DNA from: Candidatus Saccharimonadota bacterium
GTDB lineage: Bacteria; Patescibacteriota; Saccharimonadia; Saccharimonadales; UBA4665
Direction: 5' to 3'
DNA: 32,000 bases
NCBI GenBank assembly: GCA_002952755.1
Contig: CP025011.1
Location: 1,200,001-1,232,000, forward strand
Each line of letters starts with the position of its first letter. Positions within the stretch are counted from its first letter, which is position 1. Positions 1 through 7,352 of this stretch are shown here, piece by piece. The position numbers and the translations under genes are program-made. The notes below the pieces were generated by a model. The model had not been told where the DNA came from, did no database searches, and was given only the letters and a program-made list of their open reading frames with translations.

Positions 1-139
1 ACAGTGCTCATCGTGTAATACTTACCTTTCGAGGTCTTAACGTAGGAATTACATACATAAGAGATAGGGCCCTAGAGGCCACTCTTTTGTCCAAACCCTT
101 ACTCTGTCTTGACTCTCAGCATGCCCATATCAGTTCTAA

Positions 140-832
140 TTATACCCGAAGATAGGTTTGCAGCATAGAGTACATCAGAGGTGCGAGCTCGCTGGTCAAT
201 TGGCTACTCCCCTGCACTTGCGCCATAACCTTAGCAGGGTGCGATGCAAAACTCAGACGAAGATATTTGATATGTGTAGGCCTAAAACGACCACGATCGT
301 CTATCTGGAAGCACATGTCGTCAAAACTAAAGGCATAGGTATGGTCAGACGCAAGCCGTCTACCGTCTATGTCTGTTTCGAGATTGGGCGCATGGCCGCT
401 CAAGTGTAGCAATTGTGCCGCAAACCAAAAACGAATAATCTCCGTCGATACGGTTCTATCGTCGAGCGCTTCAAAAGCAGAGCGTAATACAGTGAAGTAC
501 TCCCGCTCGGGCTCGTCCTCTGTTACGCGATGTAATTGTTTGATCAGATCATAGCCTGCCATTGTGCGGTCTAAATCGGTAACGATCGTACCATAGTGAG
601 TAACGAGCCTGGTGGATACGAGCGTACCAAGGTCGCTCTTGCCTTTTACATAGGTGATGATGCTCACACTAAATAGCTCAATACCGCCAGCCAGCTTGGA
701 TTTGACACGACGTACACCCTTAGCCATTAGGCGTATTTTGCCTAACTCTGGCGTGAGTAGCGTAATGATACGATCGGCCTCACCATAATCGGTTCTGGCT
801 AGAATAATAGCTTCGGTAACGAGCTGGTTCAT
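140..832 (-). CDS. recO: DNA repair protein RecO
   Basis: In ORF 140..847, the N-terminal OB-fold-like segment EAIILARTDYGEADRIITLLTPELGKIRLMAKG and overall length fit RecO. The ATG at 832..830 forms an ATGA overlap with the TGA stop (831..829) of the upstream ORF, so I prefer 832 over the GTG at 847. Confidence 0.85.
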   Translation of the reverse strand: MNQLVTEAIILARTDYGEADRIITLLTPELGKIRLMAKGVRRVKSKLAGGIELFSVSIITYVKGKSDLGTLVSTRLVTHYGTIVTDLDRTMAGYDLIKQLHRVTEDEPEREYFTVLRSAFEALDDRTVSTEIIRFWFAAQLLHLSGHAPNLETDIDGRRLASDHTYAFSFDDMCFQIDDRGRFRPTHIKYLRLSFASHPAKVMAQVQGSSQLTSELAPLMYSMLQTYLRV

Positions 833-1212
833 ATGCCGCTCGTACACTCGCGGATCAATCGAACAAGGTCCAGCAAGGTGGTGCGCGGTTTATAGCAAAC
901 AGCCACCACTCCCAGGTCAGCGTGCAAAATACTCTCGATATCGGCCAGTATGAGCGGTGGTATGGTTGTGTTCACGACTACTGGAATGCTTGCCCATTCC
1001 GGATATGAGCGAAATTCGTGCAAAAATTCGACTCCATTATGGGCAGGGAGCTGTAGCTCCATGAGCAGAATATCTGGCATACGCCTATCGGCCGCATCGA
1101 CTGCTGCCTGCCCCCCGGCGACATGCACCACGTGGTGGCCGACATGGGCGAAGGCCCGTGTATACGTTGCCGCCAACAAGGTGTTAGGTTCTATCAATAA
1201 TATATTTGACAT
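829..1212 (-). CDS. Atypical single-domain receiver (CheY-like fold) with Glu at the phospho-acceptor position
   Basis: It aligns by eye to the canonical receiver at 8642..9052. PDILLMELQLP matches PDLVLLDVMMP, giving Asp to Glu. The N-terminal LLIEPN replaces LFVEDD, so the acidic pair is incomplete. The conserved Thr (VVVNTT) and Lys-Pro (CYKP) are retained. Confidence 0.75.
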   Translation of the reverse strand: MSNILLIEPNTLLAATYTRAFAHVGHHVVHVAGGQAAVDAADRRMPDILLMELQLPAHNGVEFLHEFRSYPEWASIPVVVNTTIPPLILADIESILHADLGVVAVCYKPRTTLLDLVRLIRECTSGI

Positions 1213-1223
1213 GAGTACAAAAT

Positions 1224-1949
1224 TTATACAAATTGTAATTGCCTGCTCGGTTGCAGCGTAGCTGCCAGGCCTTGTTCGTGCTGGTACCGACCGACACGCA
1301 AGCGGCTGTTCATTGAGCGAAAAATGGCATCGGCAACAAATAAGCCTGCCGCGCTACCCGTGCCAATAGCCGTAAGCGGCTGTCTGGCCTTGCCGGCGAG
1401 GTCTAGCGCAGTACGCCACCGATCCGCTCTTAGCTCCTCGTATTCACCATACATGCCGGCAACGAGGCCGTGTGGTGTCCGATGAAAGCCAAGCGTGACA
1501 TGCCGTGGCCGACGCTCCGGCCTAGATGCTTCAGCTTCGACAAGACTAAAGCCCAGCGAAAGTAACGCCGCCTTTAACCCGCGCTGATGACTCATGACCG
1601 GCCCATAGCGTCCACCCACTCGTAGCTCCAATTCGACGCCATAATACTGCGCAAAACGACTCAGCTCATGCGCTACATCAACCAGCAGCGAAGATACAGA
1701 AACCGGCTCCATGACCAGTTCGACTTGTTCACTCCATAGCTGCAGACCAAGCAGATAGCTATCGACAAGCGTTAACGCGGCAGCGGCCTGGGTGCCGATC
1801 GCCCCCACGTCCGTCATTCGGAGATCGCCAGTGAGTTGGCCGAGCTCGGCCTGCCGAGCGATGGTCGTGAGCGGTACTTTGAGTTGCTCGGCAATGGAGA
1901 GTAGCAAATCATCAGAGCCCACGCGGACCGGATCATCCCCTATTGCCAT
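1224..1949 (-). CDS. Degenerate cytoplasmic histidine-kinase-like protein (DHp plus HATPase_c-like) lacking the H-box His
   Basis: SIAEQLKVPLTTI matches the H-box consensus SHELRTPLTSI with His replaced by Glu. The downstream layout EPVSVSSLL...GVELEL...LKAALLSLGFSLVEA...GTGSAAGLFVADAI follows HATPase_c order, but the N-box Asn and G1 box are not recognisable. There is no TM segment. A GAGGG SD lies 7 nt upstream of the ATG. Confidence 0.65.
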   Translation of the reverse strand: MAIGDDPVRVGSDDLLLSIAEQLKVPLTTIARQAELGQLTGDLRMTDVGAIGTQAAAALTLVDSYLLGLQLWSEQVELVMEPVSVSSLLVDVAHELSRFAQYYGVELELRVGGRYGPVMSHQRGLKAALLSLGFSLVEAEASRPERRPRHVTLGFHRTPHGLVAGMYGEYEELRADRWRTALDLAGKARQPLTAIGTGSAAGLFVADAIFRSMNSRLRVGRYQHEQGLAATLQPSRQLQFV

Positions 1950-1985
1950 CTACTCGCCCTCTCTTAGTTCTCTCTTCATACTAAC

Positions 1986-2010
1986 ACACGCGGTCCGTTC
2001 ACCCGCGTGT
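1986..2010 (-). terminator. Possible weak hairpin terminator between 2056..2724 and the HK-like gene
   Basis: An 8-bp GC-rich stem (acacgcgg / ccgcgtgt) has a 9-nt loop. On the minus-strand RNA only a U-poor tail (guuaguaug) follows. Confidence 0.3.
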
Positions 2011-2055
2011 AAAAAGCTCTCCGGGATAGGAACAATTACTGAGATCAACCAAGCC

Positions 2056-2724
2056 TTAGGGCGAGAAGGTTAAATTCGGTAGAATCGTGTTATTAAAGTC
2101 GGGCAAAAAATCTGTCGATTCGGTCGATATTTCGAGTGTCACATTACGCAGCGGCAAGATAATAATACTTCCCTGCTTGCTCGTGGTTAACTGACCGTCA
2201 AATCTCGTACCAATCACGCTGGGAACTTTGGGCAGGCTATACGGTGCTGCGCTCAATTTCTTGGACTGCACAAAACTGGAGTAACCGGCAATCGCGCTGC
2301 TATAAGAACTAGATACTATCGACAAACGGAGCGAAAAAGCGCTATTGCCATTTATATCTGGCACATAATCGGGGTGGAAGTATGAATTGAGTGGCGTTTG
2401 AGAGTTGTCGTTAATAACATACGCACTCCACGTCTTGGGATACTGCAATGTGACACTTCCGTAAGCCTCAGGGCCGACATACGTTTTCAACGGACTTTTT
2501 GCGGCCTCGGCATATTTTACTGCGTCGCTCGACTGCGTACTTTGAACGGCCACAGAAGCTGCTACCGCTGCCTTTTTATCACTATGATTTTTATAGTCCT
2601 GGCGGCTATTAAAGGCCCAGGCACCAAAACTAAGGGCGGCTATCAGAAAAACGACGGTTGCAATGAGAGAAAGAAGCAGGACATTTATAAATCCGCGCTC
2701 GCTACGTACCTTCATACTGCTCAT
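2056..2724 (-). CDS. Membrane-anchored extracytoplasmic protein of unknown function
   Basis: This is ORF 2056..2751. Position 2751 is a TTG, and the first ATG is at 2724 (MSSMKVRSERGF...). It has one N-terminal TM helix (INVLLLSLIATVVFLIAALSFGAWAF) followed by a Ser/Tyr-rich soluble domain. I recognised no catalytic motif. Confidence 0.6.
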   Translation of the reverse strand: MSSMKVRSERGFINVLLLSLIATVVFLIAALSFGAWAFNSRQDYKNHSDKKAAVAASVAVQSTQSSDAVKYAEAAKSPLKTYVGPEAYGSVTLQYPKTWSAYVINDNSQTPLNSYFHPDYVPDINGNSAFSLRLSIVSSSYSSAIAGYSSFVQSKKLSAAPYSLPKVPSVIGTRFDGQLTTSKQGSIIILPLRNVTLEISTESTDFLPDFNNTILPNLTFSP

Positions 2725-2766
2725 GGTAGCGAAATTCAGGCGCTGGCGCAACCCGGGAGAGCTTCC

Positions 2767-3255
2767 CTAATGATATTCATACAAAAATACTCCGTACGAC
2801 TCGGCAACACGTTTCTTCCCAGGAATCGTAAACGCAACGCTGGCCAGCCGGACTGGTCGAGTATGCCACTCCTCTATCCGGGCATCTAGCTTACCCATCT
2901 GGCGTCCAATCATAAAAGCAAAAACTGCGTCAGCTGGTGGCCACTGCACGGTAAAATAGTTGCCCCAAACAATGGTAACGTGCTTACGGTAGCGACGCGT
3001 TCGAAGCCACGAAATGAACGCCAGCAATGGACTTAGTTCAATGCCTACCACATGCACGCCTTGCTTCGCGGCGGCTATCAGCATACGACCATCGCCAGAA
3101 CCCAGTTCAAGGAGAGTCTCCCCGGGGCGCAAGTCTAATAAGTCGAGCGCGGCTTGCATGTTGCCACGTAGCGTCGGTAGGTAGGGAGGCCCAAAAAATA
3201 CCGTAAAGGCGGTCAGAAGCAACACTATGCCTACCAAGAGAAACACCAGTGACAT
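2767..3255 (-). CDS. Membrane-anchored class I SAM-dependent methyltransferase
   Basis: It has an N-terminal TM helix followed by SAM motif I LELGSGDGRMLIAAAKQG and an acidic motif II (VGIELS). An AAGGAA SD lies 7 nt upstream of the ATG. Confidence 0.75.
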   Translation of the reverse strand: MSLVFLLVGIVLLLTAFTVFFGPPYLPTLRGNMQAALDLLDLRPGETLLELGSGDGRMLIAAAKQGVHVVGIELSPLLAFISWLRTRRYRKHVTIVWGNYFTVQWPPADAVFAFMIGRQMGKLDARIEEWHTRPVRLASVAFTIPGKKRVAESYGVFLYEYH

Positions 3256-3259
3256 TATT

Positions 3260-3466
3260 CTATTCCTTGCCAGACGTTTTGAGTTTTAGCTGCGAGATCC
3301 TATTTTCGGCCTGGTTCAGCGTTTCTTCAAGCTGGTCAACTACCAGCAATCCCTGCTCATAAAGCGTCACCGCCTCATCGACGTGGATATCAGGCCGTTG
3401 CAAGGCTGCAAGTATCTCATCAAGTCGAGTGCTGAGGCTCAGATAATCCTTTTTCATGTTAGGCAT
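3260..3466 (-). CDS. xseB: Exodeoxyribonuclease VII small subunit
   Basis: The 68-aa helical protein (LDEILAALQRPDIHVDEAVTLYEQGLLVVDQLEETLNQAENRI) is typical of XseB and lies immediately downstream of xseA. Confidence 0.9.
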   Translation of the reverse strand: MPNMKKDYLSLSTRLDEILAALQRPDIHVDEAVTLYEQGLLVVDQLEETLNQAENRISQLKLKTSGKE

Positions 3467-3478
3467 GCTACTCTACTC

Positions 3479-4597
3479 CTATTTGATTCTAACATCGGTT
3501 ACGCGCGCATCGACTGCGCCATCAACAAAATCCACTGTTATGACGTCGCCAACTATGAGATCACGCGACTGCATAATGACGCCCTCCTTATGTATAAGCG
3601 CATAGCCACGTTGCAGTACGCTTTCAGGGTCAAAAGCACGAAGCAATTGTCGTTTTACAGTCAGTTGATGCCGGGTATGCACTGCCGCTCTTTCAGCCAT
3701 ATCGAATAAAACCGAACGCGCACCCACTAGGCCCTGCTTGGCATTCTCTAGTATCTGGAAGGTTCTCCGTGCCAGTTGCGTGCGATAGGTGGATAGACCA
3801 GCTACCAACGCCTTTCGGTCCGGTACTAAGAGCTCAGCCGCATTACTCGGCGTGCTAGCGCGAACATCGGCTGCTAGTTCGCTGAGACTTATATCTATCT
3901 CGTGGCCAATCGCAACCAACGTGGGAATACGACTTGCCGCAACCGCGCGCGTCACCTGCTCTGTGCTAAAGGTCTGCAAATCCTCAGGACTGCCTCCGCC
4001 GCGCGTGATAACAAGCACTTCGGGCGGCAAAGGCAACTGATTGCATTGCTCAATTGCAGTCACAATCTGCGCCGGAGCTGAGTCGCCCTGTACTTGCACA
4101 TCGATGTGTATAATCTCAAGGCCGCCCCACCTCGCATTGATAACCTTGCAAAAATCATGATACGCCGCCGATTCCGCCGAGGCGATCAGACCAATCGATG
4201 CAGGCGGATATGGCAATGCCCGCTTACGGTCAGAGTCAAACAAACCTTCAGCTGCCAACTTCGTCTCAAGTAGCGCTGCCGCCTTCTTAATAGACCCTTC
4301 CCCCACTGGCTGTATGCTCAAGATATTCAGACTAAAGCCGTACTGATTATGCAGCCTCGGTGTCGCTCTGACCGCAAGGAGCATGCCATCCTGCAGCGGG
4401 CCGGGTAACTGATAAACCGTTCCAAAGCATCGCACCACTGCTTCGTCGTCTTTTACATCAAAATATACCCAACGATTCTTACTAACCTTAAAATTCACAA
4501 GCTCACCTGTGACTGTAACGTTTGAATACGCATATTCCAGCGTCTGATTCACGTACGCCACAAACTCACTGACGCCGAATGCGAGGTCGCTGCTCAT
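3479..4597 (-). CDS. xseA: Exodeoxyribonuclease VII large subunit
   Basis: It has an N-terminal OB fold (VTVTGELVNFKVSKNRWVYFDVKDDEAVVRC) and a catalytic core (LVITRGGGSPEDL, SAIGHEID-like VAIGHEIDISL). Its ATG forms an ATGA overlap with the upstream stop at 4594..4597. Confidence 0.92.
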   Translation of the reverse strand: MSSDLAFGVSEFVAYVNQTLEYAYSNVTVTGELVNFKVSKNRWVYFDVKDDEAVVRCFGTVYQLPGPLQDGMLLAVRATPRLHNQYGFSLNILSIQPVGEGSIKKAAALLETKLAAEGLFDSDRKRALPYPPASIGLIASAESAAYHDFCKVINARWGGLEIIHIDVQVQGDSAPAQIVTAIEQCNQLPLPPEVLVITRGGGSPEDLQTFSTEQVTRAVAASRIPTLVAIGHEIDISLSELAADVRASTPSNAAELLVPDRKALVAGLSTYRTQLARRTFQILENAKQGLVGARSVLFDMAERAAVHTRHQLTVKRQLLRAFDPESVLQRGYALIHKEGVIMQSRDLIVGDVITVDFVDGAVDARVTDVRIK

Positions 4598-5637
4598 GGT
4601 GACTCAGGCCTACGCAGTGTTCGATGATACAGCACATATCCTGGCGGGATCTGGATGAGCGTGTTCAGCACTCTATACATCACCGTTACCGGTAAACTGA
4701 GAGCCGCGGGGATGCCAGATGCTGCTAACACACCGGTCATCAGTGCCTCGTAAATACCGATCCCACCCGGCAAAACTGATACAAAACCCGCGAAATTAGC
4801 TACCGCGTACGCTAGAATAATTGAACCGACATTCACCCACTTGCCAAAGGCAATGTACACAACGTATACCGTAAATATCTCTGTTATATTAGCGGCGACA
4901 GACCATACAAATGGCCACTTTAGCTCTTTATAGTTTGCTTCAATAAGCTTGTAATTCCCGTGGAACTCCTGCACCAACCGCTCTGCACGTTCAATGCTGA
5001 TTGTCTCCGGATAGTGCGGTCGAAAGATATGGATCACCCGATTTAAGAAGGCTGTAATAGCTGAAAACGTGGCGTGGATGCGTCTCTTCGAACCCATAAT
5101 AAATACAAACGCAAAGGTACCAATTACCAGGACGGTAGAGACCGACCCAGCGACCAACACCACTAGACTATTCGTCCGGCCCCCGATGGCCATAAACACC
5201 AAACCGATTATCAACAAAATTTCGAACGACACAATGACTAAGATAAGCTTCATTAGCTGTACCAACGTAGCCTTGCCGCCGCTGATATCGCCTCTACGCA
5301 TCCGCACTCCGAAATATGAGATACCGCTCACTCCCCCACTTGGAAAAACATGATTTACAAAATTCAGCTCCAGTGCCGCCCTAAGAACAAAACTATAGGT
5401 AAGTTCGTTGCCGACCAGCCGAAAAAGTGTTTGATAAATACGTGTTTGCGCATGGTAATTTGCGACCTGTAGCGGGATCATCAGGGCTAAAATCCAAATG
5501 TTTACTTTGGCCAGATTATTAAAAGTGTCGATAATCTGCTGGCGTATAGCAAAAATAAGTATAAGTAGCGCTGCAACCGTCACTAGATTGACGATCACTT
5601 TCCAGTTTCGCTTCAAAAAACCAGACTGTTTCCCCAT
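4594..5637 (-). CDS. Polytopic membrane protein, UPF0104 / lysyl-phosphatidylglycerol-synthase-TM-region-like (flippase-like)
   Basis: This is ORF 4594..5658 (TTG at 5658), with about 8 predicted TM helices. In-frame ATGs occur at 5643 and 5637. A TATAAT at 5647..5652 on the minus strand sits 9 nt upstream of the 5637 ATG, so I prefer 5637. The family call rests on general architecture only. Confidence 0.6.
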   Translation of the reverse strand: MGKQSGFLKRNWKVIVNLVTVAALLILIFAIRQQIIDTFNNLAKVNIWILALMIPLQVANYHAQTRIYQTLFRLVGNELTYSFVLRAALELNFVNHVFPSGGVSGISYFGVRMRRGDISGGKATLVQLMKLILVIVSFEILLIIGLVFMAIGGRTNSLVVLVAGSVSTVLVIGTFAFVFIMGSKRRIHATFSAITAFLNRVIHIFRPHYPETISIERAERLVQEFHGNYKLIEANYKELKWPFVWSVAANITEIFTVYVVYIAFGKWVNVGSIILAYAVANFAGFVSVLPGGIGIYEALMTGVLAASGIPAALSLPVTVMYRVLNTLIQIPPGYVLYHRTLRRPESP

Positions 5638-5706
5638 ATGCATGCAATTATACGTCAAATCTCGCCTTACCTTCTAACACTCTCCGTGTATGCACCTCTT
5701 TTACGG

Positions 5707-5819
5707 AGATTTCTAGCCACCCTCCTTCCCCAAGTAGAGTCAAGCGTAGTGCAACCAGACCAGCTTTAGCTGGCCTGCGTGTAACGCTCTACTTGGGGAA
5801 GGAGGGTGGCTAGAAATCT
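5707..5819. repeat. Structured palindromic element, copy A (33-bp perfect stem plus 47-nt core loop)
   Basis: 5707..5739 (agatttctagccaccctccttccccaagtagag) is the exact reverse complement of 5787..5819. The 47-nt loop contains an inner hairpin, cagaccagc-ttta-gctggcctg. The reverse complement of 5730..5796 matches 30653..30719 at 62/67 positions. Confidence 0.9.
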
Positions 5820-5839
5820 AGTATACTTATAGGCAGCAT

Positions 5840-7027
5840 ATGGTATATAAAAGTATTCTGATATTGGGACGCCAACCGGCAATTGGCCGCGCCGAGCTTG
5901 AAAGTCTGTATGGCGGTAGGCATCTTGAACCTATCAGTCAGCAGGCTATAGCCCTGGATATTGAGCCCGATACCATTGCCTTTGGGAGACTCGGCGGCAG
6001 TATCCGATTGGGCGTCGTACTTGCTGAAATACCAAGCAAGGAGTGGTCAGTATTAGCACAATATGTAGCCAAAATATTGCCAGAACGGTTGCGCCAGTTA
6101 CCCCAGGAAGGCAAGCTAAAACTCGGCCTCAGCGTCTTTGATAGTACAGTCGACAACCGCCAGCTATTGCGTACCGGGCTGGAATTAAAAAAGATTTGTA
6201 AGAAAACTGGACGCTCAGTACGCCTCGTTCCTAATACCGAGCCAGCGCTCAGCAGCGCTCAAGTCTTACACAATCAACTCACCGGGGATCTTGGCATCGA
6301 ATTCTTGCTTGTTCATAGCGGTACTAAGACGATTCTAGCGCAAACCACTGCCGTCCAGGACATTACCGCCTATGCAGACCGCGATCAAAATCGCCCTAAG
6401 CGAGATGCGCGCGTGGGTATGCTGCCACCCAAGCTGGCGCAGATCATCATCAATCTAGCCACCGGGCTACTAGAGCCGACGAACGCGCATGTCGTGCTCG
6501 ACCCTTTCTGCGGCACAGGGGTAATATTGCAGGAAGCAGCGCTCATGGGCTACGGTAGCTACGGCACAGACCTCGAGCCACGGATGATCGACTACTCTCG
6601 GGCAAATCTGGAATGGCTTGCCGGGCGCCACCATAGCCCACCCTCTACTCTAGAAATTGGTGACGCCACAACGTTTAGCTGGCAGCACCCCTTCTCGGCC
6701 GTCGCAGCTGAAACGTACTTGGGCAGACCGCTCAGCACTTGGCCTAATCCCGAAACCCTCCAAGAAGTAAGGAGCACCTGCAACACCATCCTCGAAAAAT
6801 ATCTGCAGAATATAGCTAGTCAAATACCGAGTGGTTTGCGTCTCTGTTTGGCCATACCGGCCTGGAAAGCTCCAAATGGGCACATTCACCACCTTCCACT
6901 TCTTGACCATCTCGAGAAAATGGGGTACAATCGAGTAAGTTTTGAGTGTGCTGAGGCTCACGATCTGGTCTACTATCGGCCAGAGCAAATTGTAGCCCGC
7001 GAGCTGCTCGTAATAACAAGGAAATAA
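5840..7027 (+). CDS. Putative RNA methyltransferase-fold protein (UPF0020/Trm11-RlmL-like) with an N-terminal THUMP-like region
   Basis: SAM motif I is VLDPFCGTGVILQEAALMG and motif II is YGTDLEP. At the expected motif IV position the sequence reads AAETYLGRP instead of (D/N)PPY. The N-terminal region resembles the RNA-binding modules of this family only loosely. Confidence 0.6.
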   Translation: MVYKSILILGRQPAIGRAELESLYGGRHLEPISQQAIALDIEPDTIAFGRLGGSIRLGVVLAEIPSKEWSVLAQYVAKILPERLRQLPQEGKLKLGLSVFDSTVDNRQLLRTGLELKKICKKTGRSVRLVPNTEPALSSAQVLHNQLTGDLGIEFLLVHSGTKTILAQTTAVQDITAYADRDQNRPKRDARVGMLPPKLAQIIINLATGLLEPTNAHVVLDPFCGTGVILQEAALMGYGSYGTDLEPRMIDYSRANLEWLAGRHHSPPSTLEIGDATTFSWQHPFSAVAAETYLGRPLSTWPNPETLQEVRSTCNTILEKYLQNIASQIPSGLRLCLAIPAWKAPNGHIHHLPLLDHLEKMGYNRVSFECAEAHDLVYYRPEQIVARELLVITRK

Positions 7028-7028
7028 T

Positions 7029-7301
7029 ATGTCACACGTAAAAGCTGGCGGTACCGCCAAAAATGTTAAAGACAGCCCCGGCCAGCGGCTTGGCGTTAAG
7101 GTATTTGGCGGTCAAAAGATCCGTACTGGCCAGATTATCGTACGACAAGTTGGTATGACAAAGCGGCCTGGCAAGGGCGCTAAAGCTTCCCGCAACTTCA
7201 CCATTCATGCCGAGCGCGACGGCATTGTCGGTTTCAAGACCCGCAAAGTTCGCCGCTTTACAGGCAAAACCGTCCGCCGTACTGAAGTTACCGTCGAGTA
7301 A
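7029..7301 (+). CDS. rpmA: 50S ribosomal protein L27
   Basis: MSHVKAGGTAKNVKDSPGQRLGVKVFGGQKIRTGQIIVRQVG matches the conserved L27 N-terminus (AHKKAGGS..RLGVK.FGG....G.IIVRQRG). The gene starts 1 nt after the upstream stop. Confidence 0.95.
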   Translation: MSHVKAGGTAKNVKDSPGQRLGVKVFGGQKIRTGQIIVRQVGMTKRPGKGAKASRNFTIHAERDGIVGFKTRKVRRFTGKTVRRTEVTVE

Positions 7302-7352
7302 CAAAGCTTATTTTGCACACTACTGCTTAAGTTGTCAGCCAACTCATACTAT

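Noticed and set aside
1-139. Possible gene fragments at the left edge: a minus-strand ATG at 11..9 with a GAAAGG upstream, and an open plus-strand frame 3
   Set aside because: Too little sequence is available to evaluate either, the plus-strand frame has no recognisable protein features, and neither could be supported.
2056-2751. Type IV prepilin-like signal (SERG/FINVLLL) in the membrane-anchored protein
   Set aside because: The G-F junction and hydrophobic helix resemble a prepilin leader. However, the near-invariant Glu at +5 is Leu, and the usual FTLIE context is missing. I treat it as an ordinary signal-anchor.
5707-5819. Interpretations of the palindromic elements as CRISPR repeats, integron attC sites, intrinsic terminators or SD/anti-SD translational switches
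   Set aside because: There are only two copies, 25 kb apart, with no spacer array. I could not find attC R/L core motifs (RYYYAAC/GTTRRRY), and no integrase is present. Neither copy has a U-tract, and copy A lies between two gene starts. The GGAGGG/CCCTCC in the copy A arms is about 34 nt from the ATG and is absent from copy B.
7032-7304. Long antisense or overlapping ORFs from the track, for example 7032..7304(-) mirroring rpmA, 7572..8078(+), 12235..12645(+), 26787..27233(+) and 28522..28857(+)
   Set aside because: Each lies entirely inside a well-supported conserved gene on the opposite strand or in another frame. Their compositions are skewed (Ser/Arg/Cys-rich) and they have no start context, so they are most simply shadow ORFs.
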